Below are positions 21,675 to 29,814 of a stretch of DNA of 64,000 nucleotides, one piece after another (position 1 is the first letter of the stretch; each line of letters starts with the position of its first letter). The stretch is from NCBI GenBank assembly GCA_963712585.1, contig CAVQIH010000007.1, positions 8,227 through 72,226 on the forward strand. Direction: 5' to 3'. A program made the position numbers and the translations under genes. The stretch comes from an uncultured Chloroflexia bacterium (GTDB lineage Bacteria > Chloroflexota > Limnocylindria > Limnocylindrales > CSP1-4). Below the pieces are notes generated by a model that was not told where the DNA came from, searched no databases, and worked only from the letters and a program-made list of their open reading frames with translations.

Positions 21675-22808
21675 ATGACTGCACCGACTGAAACGGCGCC
21701 ACGCAAGACAGCACGCAAGGGCTCTGCGCAGGGTCCCGGGGGGCTGACGGCGGCTCAGGCTGCCCGAGGCGGCCTCAACGACGGCACGCACGGGAGCTCC
21801 AAGGGCGCCCAGACCTCGATCGAGGAGCAGTATCGCGACCTCTTCGAGCACGCCGTCGAGGGGATCTTCCGCACCACCGCCAGCGGACGAGCGCTCTCGA
21901 TCAACCTGGCTGGCGCTCGGATGCTCGGGTACGACTCGCCCGAGGAGATGCTGGTGGCGGCGGTCGGCGACGCCGGCACGGCCTGGATCGACCCTGACCG
22001 CCGAGCGGAGCTCATCGAGCGCGTGCGCGCGGCCGGCGCGGTATCCGACTTCGAGTACGAGGTTCATCGGCGCGACGGATCGACGGCGTGGCTCTCCATC
22101 CATGCGCGTGCCGTCTGGGACGCGCACGTCCCGGAGCTATGCATCGAGGGCCAGATCGTCGACGTGACGCGGCGGCGCGAGGCCGAACAGGCGCTGATCG
22201 AGAGTCGTGAGCGCTACCTCTCGCTCTTCGAGCAGATGCTCGAGGGCGTCGCTCATTGCCGGATGCTCTTCGACGAAGCCGGGCATCCGATCGACTGGAT
22301 CTACGTGGACGTCAATCCCGCGTTCGAGGCTCTCACGGGCCTGGCGGACGTGACTGGGAAACGGGTCACTGAGGTGATCCCCGACGTTCGCGAGACCAAC
22401 CCGGAGCTCTTCGAGATCTTCGGTCGCGTGATTGCGACGGGCATTCCCGAGGAGTTCGAGACGTGCCTGCCCGCCCTCGCGCGGTGGTTCTCCGTCAGCG
22501 CATCTCGCCCCCGACCGGAGCATTTCGTGGCCGTCTTCGAGAACATCACGGAGCGCGAGCGCGTGGCCGAAGAGCTGCGCGAGAGCGAGCAGCAGTACAC
22601 CGCCGTGGTGGACAACCTCACCGAGGGTATCGTGGTGCACGACGCCGCCGGGCGGATCGTCGCGAGCAACCCCGCTGCCCGAGCGATCCTCGGCCTCAGG
22701 GTCGAACAGCTGACCGGCCGGACCTCCTTCGACCCGGAGTGGCACTCCCTGTGGGCTGATGGCACGCCCTGCCCGAGCGAGGAGCATCCGGCGCCGCGGC
22801 CGGCCTGA
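21675..22808 (+). CDS. multi-PAS sensor protein, N-terminal part of a disrupted PAS/GAF-EAL gene
   Basis: Three PAS starts (YRDLFEHAVEGIF, YLSLFEQMLEGV, YTAVVDNLTEGIV); the third PAS is truncated at EEHPA. Confidence 0.75.
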   Translation: MTAPTETAPRKTARKGSAQGPGGLTAAQAARGGLNDGTHGSSKGAQTSIEEQYRDLFEHAVEGIFRTTASGRALSINLAGARMLGYDSPEEMLVAAVGDAGTAWIDPDRRAELIERVRAAGAVSDFEYEVHRRDGSTAWLSIHARAVWDAHVPELCIEGQIVDVTRRREAEQALIESRERYLSLFEQMLEGVAHCRMLFDEAGHPIDWIYVDVNPAFEALTGLADVTGKRVTEVIPDVRETNPELFEIFGRVIATGIPEEFETCLPALARWFSVSASRPRPEHFVAVFENITERERVAEELRESEQQYTAVVDNLTEGIVVHDAAGRIVASNPAARAILGLRVEQLTGRTSFDPEWHSLWADGTPCPSEEHPAPRPA

Positions 22809-22846
22809 GGGCCCTCGCTTACGGCCCGATCGGCCACGGCGACCAC

Positions 22847-23774
22847 GTGGCGGGCATCCTTCTCATCGGGACCTTCGACGAGCGCTTCGCGCGGACGCTC
22901 GTCGAGAAGATGCCGGGACTCGCCTCCTTCAGCGCCACCTCGAGCGCGCTGCTGGCCGAGCGCCTGCACGTCTTTCGTCGGGAGGCGGAGCTGCGCGGGG
23001 TACTCGCGGCAGTGCTCGCCGCCCGTTCCTTCCACCTTGTGTTCCAGCCGATCGTCGATCTCGAGTCGGGCGAGGTCGTCGGCTATGAAGCCCTCACGCG
23101 ATTCGACTCAGGCCAGCGACCGGACCTGTGCTTCGCCGATGCCTGGTCGGTGGGGCTGGGGCCCGATCTCGAGATCGCCACCCTCGAGGCGGCGGTGACC
23201 GCCCGCGAAGGGGCTGCCCACCGGGCGGTGGCTCGATCTCAACATCTCGCCTCGCATGCTCGGGGATCCCGAGCGTCTGAGCGCGGCCCTCTGGTCGGCC
23301 GAGCGCCCGATCGTGCTCGAGATCACCGAGCACGACGTCATCGAGGACTACGGGGCGGTCCGCGAGGCGATCGCCGGCCTGGGGCACGACATCCGGCTGG
23401 CGGTCGACGACGCGGGCGCCGGGGTCGCGAACTTCGGCCACATCATCGAGCTGCGCCCGGACTTCGTGAAGCTCGACATCAGCCTCGTGCGGCGCGTCAA
23501 CGCCAACCTCGGCCGCCAGGCGATGGTCGTCGGCATGCGCCACTTCTCGCGCACCGCGGGGTGCCGCCTCGTGGCGGAGGGCATCGAGACCGAGGAGGAG
23601 GCCCGCACCCTGACCAGCCTCGGGGTCGAGTTCGGGCAGGGCTATCTGTTCGGACACCCGGAGCCGGTCGAGGTATGGGCGGCCGTCGGGACTGCCGGAC
23701 AGGAGCGTCCCGATCCACGTCCGATACCGTCGCCGACACGCGGAACACCCTCCACGACCGGCGCGCCCGGATGA
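22847..23774 (+). CDS. GAF remnant + EAL domain (frameshift ~23203), C-terminal part of the disrupted gene
   Basis: FQPIVDL, YEALTRF, then LEITEH, DDAGAG, VKLD, EGIET, QGYLFG in a second frame. Confidence 0.75.
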
Positions 23775-24028
23775 TCAGCGCGGTGGGAGAGCGAACCGTC
23801 CGCGCAACGACCGAGGGCTCGATGGGCGACGACTCCGGCGTCATCACGCACCCGAGGCTCCGCATGCGGCTGCGGCGCGAGCCGCTCGATTGACCGAGCA
23901 TCCCCGGCCATGCCGGCCAGGGGTCGTTGTGACTGCACTGACAGGCACCGTGCAGGCACGGCCCCGGAGATGAGTGCCGCTCGACGCCGCGGAGTGCCAC
24001 CTGCTGCCGCTCAAGTGCGTGGAAGAGG

Positions 24029-24105
24029 TGGGGTGGCCTACGGGGCTCGAACCCGTAACCTTCGGAGCCACAATCCGATGCTCTGCCAGTTGAGCTAAGG
24101 CCACC
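24029..24105 (-). tRNA. tRNA-His (GTG)
   Basis: GGTGGCCTTAGCTCAACTGGCAGAGCATCGGATTGTGGCTCCGAAGGTTACGGGTTCGAGCCCCGTAGGCCACCCCA: cloverleaf, GTG anticodon, G-1:C73, encoded CCA. Confidence 0.97.
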
Positions 24106-24204
24106 ACGGACGACGCGCGGCACGGCACGGGGCGCGCGGCGCATCTGGGCGAGCGGAGTGTACTCGGAATCCGACGGGCCTCGCCGATGCCGTCGGCGGG
24201 CTCG

Positions 24205-24675
24205 TCAGGTGCCTGGCTGCCCGAGCTGCGCCTCCAGCCGGTCGATGAAGGCGGCCTGCGTCTCCTTGATGTGCCGACGCGCATCGGCAGGGGCAAACCA
24301 CTCGACGCGATCGATTTCGGGGAACTCCGCGCTGCGCCCCGAGCCCGGCGGCCACTCCACGGTGAAGGTGTTGCTCCGCGCCGCCGCTGGATCGAGGTCG
24401 CCTTCGACGGCCCAGGCGTGGACCAGCTTGCCGCCCTTCTGGACGATCGTCCCGAGGGAGATCAGGGACCCCGCCGGGGCCGGGTGCCCGGTCTCCTCCT
24501 CGAACTCCCGTCGGGCAACCGCGACGAGGTCCTCGCCGGGCTCCACCTCGCCCTTTGGGATGCTCCAGTGCCCGGCGTCCCTGGTCCGGAAGAAGGGTCC
24601 GCCAGGATGTGCGAGCAACAGCTCGAGGCGTTCCTCGCGGATGCGGTAGAGGAGGATGCCAGCGCTGACTCTCAT
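24205..24675 (-). CDS. NUDIX domain protein (predicted NTP pyrophosphohydrolase)
   Basis: SAGILLY, HPGGPF, WSIPKGE...ARREFEEETG, EWPPGSG, FPEIDR. Confidence 0.88.
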   Translation of the reverse strand: MRVSAGILLYRIREERLELLLAHPGGPFFRTRDAGHWSIPKGEVEPGEDLVAVARREFEEETGHPAPAGSLISLGTIVQKGGKLVHAWAVEGDLDPAAARSNTFTVEWPPGSGRSAEFPEIDRVEWFAPADARRHIKETQAAFIDRLEAQLGQPGT

Positions 24676-24782
24676 CGCCGGTCAGTATCGCCCGATCTCG
24701 GCACCGGCATTCGCGGAGTCGTCGGGCCGGGGCGACCTCGACCGGGTCGGTGGCCGTCGGTGCTACCCTGCCAGCCAGCGCG

Positions 24783-26231
24783 ATGCGTCCCGATCCTGTC
24801 CTGACCCGGCGCCGCTTCCTGCTCGCCTCCGCCGCGGCGACACTGGCGGCGTGCGGCCAGGCGCTGCCGAGTCCGATCGCCGGTCGGACGGAAAGTCCAG
24901 CCGTACCGTCCAGCCGGCCTCCCGGAGGGTCAATGACGCCGCCGCCCGATCCCCCGACCGCAGCCGCGGAGGCGAGCCCGGGGCCCGCTGCTGCCGCGCG
25001 ATCCGCGGGTACGGCGCCGGCCACCCGTCGCCGGACGCTCTATCGGGATGGCGCTCTCGCCGACGGGCGCTCCGACACCTTGCGGCTCGGCGTCAGTGTC
25101 CTGGTCGAGGACGGCGTCGTGCGCTGGATCAGGCCCTCGGATGACGAGGGACCCGTCGGATCGCAGGCCGGGCTCGAGATCGTCGACGCCAGCGGCACCA
25201 CGATCGTCCCGGGCATGGTGGACGCCCACAGCCACCTCACTTTGCCCGGCGGCGCGCACTGGATCGATCGGGGAGGGGATTCCCCCGCGTCGCTCGTGGC
25301 GGTGGCCGAGGCGAACGCGGGGCTGCTGGCAGGCGCCGGTGTCCGCTGGGCGCGCGACGTCGGAGGCGTGCGGGCGATCGACCCGGTCGACGGTCGCGAG
25401 CGGGCGCTCAGCCTTGGCGTTCGCGACCGATGGCGCATGACCGGTCGGCGCAACTACCCGCAGATCCGGGCGGCCGGGACGTGGCTGACCCGTCGTGGAT
25501 CCCTGCCACAGGGGCTCGCCGTGGAGGTCGACTCGGCCGATGGGCTCCTGGCGGCCGCCCTGGGCCAGCTCGATGACGGGGCCGACTTCGTCAAGCTCTA
25601 CCTCGACGGCCCGGACCCGGCAAGCTCGCCCTGGTCGACGGCCGAGGTCCGGCGGGTGGTCGACGCGATCCACGACCGGGGGGCCAAGGTGACGGCCCAC
25701 TCGGGTCGGCTGTCCGGGGCTCGGGTGGGGGTGGCGGCGGGCGTCGATGCCCTCGAGCACGGCTTCGAGCTCGACGCCGACGTGGCTGCCGAGATGGCCA
25801 GGCGCGGCACGTTCCTCGTGTCGACCATGGCCGTCTTCCGCTCTTGGCTGTCGTTCGGGCGAACCACCCGGATCGCCCGCTTCGCCTCGTCCGACGGCTC
25901 CCGCCAGATCCGGGCCCGCCAGGAAGCTGCCGAGGCGAGCGTCGAGCTGGCGCACAAGGCGGGCGTCAGGATCGCGGCCGGGACCGACTTCGGGGGTGGT
26001 TCGCTGCGGGCCAACCAGCTGGCCTGGGAGGTCGAGGCGCTCGTCGCCGCCGGGCTCGAGCCCCACGAAGCCCTCGCGGCCGTCACCTGGCGGGGCGGTG
26101 AGCTGCTGGGTGAGCCCGAAGCCGGGGTCCTGCGCGAGGGCGGTCCCGCCGACTTGGTCCTCGTCCATGGCGACCCGCTCGCCGACCCACGGGTGCTGTG
26201 GCGGGTCTGGAGGGTCGAGTGGGCCGGCTGA
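24783..26231 (+). CDS. amidohydrolase family protein with Tat/lipoprotein signal
   Basis: TRRRFL + LAAC lipobox; PGMVDAHSH, VKLY, TAH, LEHG, AGTD, ADLVLVHGDP. Confidence 0.8.
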   Translation: MRPDPVLTRRRFLLASAAATLAACGQALPSPIAGRTESPAVPSSRPPGGSMTPPPDPPTAAAEASPGPAAAARSAGTAPATRRRTLYRDGALADGRSDTLRLGVSVLVEDGVVRWIRPSDDEGPVGSQAGLEIVDASGTTIVPGMVDAHSHLTLPGGAHWIDRGGDSPASLVAVAEANAGLLAGAGVRWARDVGGVRAIDPVDGRERALSLGVRDRWRMTGRRNYPQIRAAGTWLTRRGSLPQGLAVEVDSADGLLAAALGQLDDGADFVKLYLDGPDPASSPWSTAEVRRVVDAIHDRGAKVTAHSGRLSGARVGVAAGVDALEHGFELDADVAAEMARRGTFLVSTMAVFRSWLSFGRTTRIARFASSDGSRQIRARQEAAEASVELAHKAGVRIAAGTDFGGGSLRANQLAWEVEALVAAGLEPHEALAAVTWRGGELLGEPEAGVLREGGPADLVLVHGDPLADPRVLWRVWRVEWAG

Positions 26232-27011
26232 GGCCCGTCCTCGCCGCCCTGCTGGCGCTGGCGCTCGCGGCCGGCGCGGCTGACCCGACGGCCGAGTCGC
26301 CAGCTCCTTCGCCCGTGGCGGCCGCGGCGCCTGCGCCACCCGCGGTACCGGCGGCCGCGCCTCAGCGGTTCGCGCTCGATCTCTATCGGCCGGGCGACTT
26401 CGTCGGTCAGTACACCTTCGAGTGGTGTGTCGGGGCGAGCATCCAGATGATGCTCAACATGGTGCAGACCGAAGAACGAGCGGGCGAGGGCGCGCCAGGA
26501 GGCGCTCTGGGAGCTCGCTCGAGACCTGTCGACGAACCCCCAGCGGGGCGCCAATCCGGTTGGCTGGACCGCCGCCCTCAACGAGCTCGGCATCGGCACC
26601 TGGGAGCTGGTGGGCGTGCCCGACTACGAGGAGGCCCTACGCACCGCCGCCGCGGCGATCCGGGCGTCCGGGCGTCCCGTCGGCCTCGTGATGTGGAGCG
26701 GCCGGCATGCCTGGGTGATGAGCGGCTTCACGTCGATCGGCGATCCGCGATCTCACCCGGACTTCGTGGTCACCGGCGTCCGTGTCCTTGATCCGCTCTA
26801 CCCCTATGGCGACGGGGTCTGGGGGCCATCACCCAGACCCGACGCGCTCCTGGCCCCGACTCAGCTCGATGACAACTTCGTGCCGCGGCGCCGCCGCCGC
26901 GCCGATCCCAACGGCCGGCCGGACTACGTCCCTGCCGGGAGCTACGTCCTGATCCTGCCGGTCCCGGTTCGGGCCACCGCCAGCCGCGCCGGGGAGCCCG
27001 CGTTCGACTGA
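26219..27011 (+). CDS. secreted C39-like (papain-fold) peptidase family protein, frameshift ~26490
   Basis: Signal peptide; QYTFEWCVGASIQMML (Gln/Cys), then HAWVMSGF (His) and LDPLYP (Asp) in the next frame. Confidence 0.55.
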
Positions 27012-27031
27012 TCCGGCGCGTGGCCGGGGAG

Positions 27032-27681
27032 TCAGGCTCGGGCAGCCCGATTGGCCGAGCGGCGACCCGCGATCGTGATGCCGGCGACTGCCGCGACCAA
27101 CCCGGAGAGGGCGAGTGCGAGCCCGACGAGGATCCAGGTGCTCGACTGGTCCGACGCCGGCGTGGCCGGGGTCGTCGTCGCCGCCGGATCGGACGGCTCG
27201 CTCCCCGGCCCGCCCGCGCCACCGGCCACGATGGCTGGGGCCGCGAAGCCGGACAGCTCGTCCGAGACCGCGAAGAGCCAGTCGGATCGGCCGCAGACGG
27301 TCTCGTCGCCGTTGCACGATGTGCCGCGTAGCCCGATCTCGATGCTGCCGATGCCGCCCTAGGCACGGTGATCGAAGCGACGTAGTGACCGGTGCCCGCG
27401 GGGCTTTCGGTGCCCGCAGCCTCGATCGGCAACCCGCCGCCCGGCGGCACCAGCCGGATGAAGACCGGCGAGCCGACGATGGGGCTTGGATCGCCCTGGG
27501 ACTCGACCATGACGGTCCAGCCGACCTCGAGGACGGTACCGGCTTCGGCCCCGGCGGGGAGCGGCGCATCGAACCGGGCAACGCCGCCTTCCTTGGCCAG
27601 CGCAGGAGGCGCCAGCGAGGCCACGAGCAGGGCGGCAGGCAGGGCCGCGGCAAGCAAGGTGCGAGGAAGTGATCGCTGCAT
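27032..27681 (-). CDS. secreted/membrane-anchored hypothetical protein, frameshift ~27360
   Basis: Signal peptide ending ALA-K; C-terminal TM WILVGLALALSGLVAAVAGITIA followed by a basic tail. Confidence 0.6.
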
Positions 27682-27892
27682 CGGAGGTCTCCGTAGGCTA
27701 CACCGGCTGACGCTCCATCTACACCGGACGGGCCGGCGGGGTTCCCGTCGGCTTCGACCGTCCCGGCGCTGTCCCTGGTACGTCGGTCAGGGCCGAGGGG
27801 GACCATCACGCGGGCTGACGGAGCGGTGGGGTCAGGGTACGTTCGGGGCGTCCCCGAGCGGTTCGGTGGACTTCCACTGGAGCGCACGCCGG

Positions 27893-28942
27893 ATGTCGCT
27901 GTTCGACCCGCCTGCCTCGCCGTCGCCGGGCTCCGCAGCCCCGCGCACGTCGGCGGGTCGGCGGGACGGATCAGCCGCCCGCCGCTCGCGGACGGCGGGC
28001 GCCGTCCTCCTCGTCTTCCTCCTGGCGAGCGGGGCCGGGCTCTTCGGTGCGGCCGGCCGCGCAGTGGCCTGGTCGGGGTTCAACGCCGCCTCCGAGCAGC
28101 AGCTCATCGCCCTCACGAACCAGGCCCGGGCGGCCGCCGGACTCCCCGCCCTCAAAGTGGACGCGGCCTTGACCTCGGTGGCCCGCTGGCGCAGCCAGGA
28201 CATGATCGACCGCAACTACTTCAGCCACTCGATTCCCGGTGGCGGGGACGTCTTCGCCGAGCTCGACCGCCGCGGCTACTGCTACGTGCTGGCCGGCGAG
28301 AACATCGGCTGGAACACCTATCCCGACGACGAGGCGACGGCCCAGATCCAGCAGATGTTCATGGACTCGCCCGGCCACCGCGCCAACATCCTCGGCGCCG
28401 ACTGGGAGGTCCTCGGCGTAGGTGCCTATCAGGGCGACGGCGACAAGCACATGTGGACCGTTCTCTTCGCGGACAAATGCGGAGAGCCGGCGGCCACCCC
28501 CAAGCCCACCCCAAAGGCGACGCCTGAGCCGACACCGACGCCGACGCCCACCCCGACGGCCGAGCCCACGCCGGAGCCGTCTGTCACGGCCTCTCCACTG
28601 CCGACCGCGGCGCCAACGCCGCGCCCGACGCCGCGCCCGACCGCTGCGCCGACCCCGCGGACGGCCACCCCTGCTCCGACGGTGACTGTTGCTCCGACGG
28701 CGACCACCGCTCCGACGGCCTCGCCTTCCCCGAGCCCAATCCCGACGGAGAGCCCGGGCTCGAGCCCGACCGCCTCGCCGACGCCCGTCCTGACCGAGAC
28801 GGCCACCCCGGCGCCGTCCCCTTCGCCCGAGCCGTCCGCGTCGAGCGCGACCGGCAGCCTGCGAATCCGCGAAGAGCCCGGCTCGCCCGGCCTGGTCGAG
28901 TCGCTCGTGGCGAGTGTCCTCGCCTTCTTCTTCGGGTTCTGA
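27893..28942 (+). CDS. CAP (SCP) domain exported protein with Pro/Thr-rich stalk
   Basis: TNQARAAAGL, RSQDM...YFSH, GENIG, MDSPGHRANIL, GVG; PT/PTP repeats 28490-28850. Confidence 0.85.
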   Translation: MSLFDPPASPSPGSAAPRTSAGRRDGSAARRSRTAGAVLLVFLLASGAGLFGAAGRAVAWSGFNAASEQQLIALTNQARAAAGLPALKVDAALTSVARWRSQDMIDRNYFSHSIPGGGDVFAELDRRGYCYVLAGENIGWNTYPDDEATAQIQQMFMDSPGHRANILGADWEVLGVGAYQGDGDKHMWTVLFADKCGEPAATPKPTPKATPEPTPTPTPTPTAEPTPEPSVTASPLPTAAPTPRPTPRPTAAPTPRTATPAPTVTVAPTATTAPTASPSPSPIPTESPGSSPTASPTPVLTETATPAPSPSPEPSASSATGSLRIREEPGSPGLVESLVASVLAFFFGF

Positions 28943-29032
28943 GCCGAGCCGATGACGACTGCCGGACCGAGCCCGACGGGCGATCCTGGCGGACCGCGGA
29001 CGCCGCCAGCCGCCGCGTACACTGACCGCGCC

Positions 29033-29803
29033 ATGACCGACGAGCGGATCGCTCCGCCGATCCTCGAGGCCCGCGATCTCACCAAGCAATACCGCCTCGG
29101 CGAGTCGGTCGTGGAGGCGCTGCGAGGCGTCTCGCTGGCCGTCGCGCCCGGTGAGTTCGTGGCCTTCATGGGGCCATCGGGCTCGGGCAAGAGCACGCTC
29201 CTGCAGCTCCTCGGCGGCCTCGATCGGCCGACCACCGGGGAGGTCATCCTCGACGGCGAGCATGTCAGCCGCCTCTCCGACGAGCAGGCGACGCGGTTGC
29301 GCCGCGAGAAGACCGGCTTCGTCTTCCAGTTCTTCAACCTGATCCCGCTCCTCGATGTCCGTGAGAACGTCGCCTTACCCTTCACGATCGCCGGCCTGGA
29401 CCCTGGTCGGGGTGAGCTGCGCGAGCGGATCCAGGAGGTCCTGGCGCGGGTCGACCTGGTCGGCAAGAGCCGCCACCGGCCAGACCAGCTCTCGGCGGGC
29501 GAACAGCAGAGGGTCGCCCTGGCCCGAGCGCTCGTGACTCGGCCGGCCCTCCTGCTGGCCGACGAGCCAACAGGAAACCTCGACTTCACGAGCGGGACCG
29601 AGATCCTCGACCAGCTCTTCCGGACCTGCGTCGAGCGCGGCCAGACGATCGTCCTCGTCACCCACGACGCCAAGGCGGCGGCCTACGCCGACCGCGTCTT
29701 CTTCGTCCAGGACGGCCGCATCCGTGACGAGATCCATCTCGGGCGTCGCGTCGACCACAGTGCGGCACCGCTGATTGCCCGACTCGCCCAGCTCGGGCTC
29801 TAG
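29033..29803 (+). CDS. ABC transporter ATP-binding protein (LolD/MacB family)
   Basis: GPSGSGKS, FVFQFFNL, LSAGEQQR, LADEPTGNLD, VTHD; alternative start 28952. Confidence 0.9.
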   Translation: MTDERIAPPILEARDLTKQYRLGESVVEALRGVSLAVAPGEFVAFMGPSGSGKSTLLQLLGGLDRPTTGEVILDGEHVSRLSDEQATRLRREKTGFVFQFFNLIPLLDVRENVALPFTIAGLDPGRGELRERIQEVLARVDLVGKSRHRPDQLSAGEQQRVALARALVTRPALLLADEPTGNLDFTSGTEILDQLFRTCVERGQTIVLVTHDAKAAAYADRVFFVQDGRIRDEIHLGRRVDHSAAPLIARLAQLGL

Positions 29804-29814
29804 GGCGGCCTGCG

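Noticed and set aside
23822-23893. Short ORF MGDDSGVITHPRLRMRLRREPLD after the EAL gene
   Set aside because: Only 23 codons, weak RBS, and no recognisable motif; cannot be supported.
28490-28850. Non-coding tandem repeat
   Set aside because: It is the in-frame Pro/Thr-rich linker of the CAP-domain protein.
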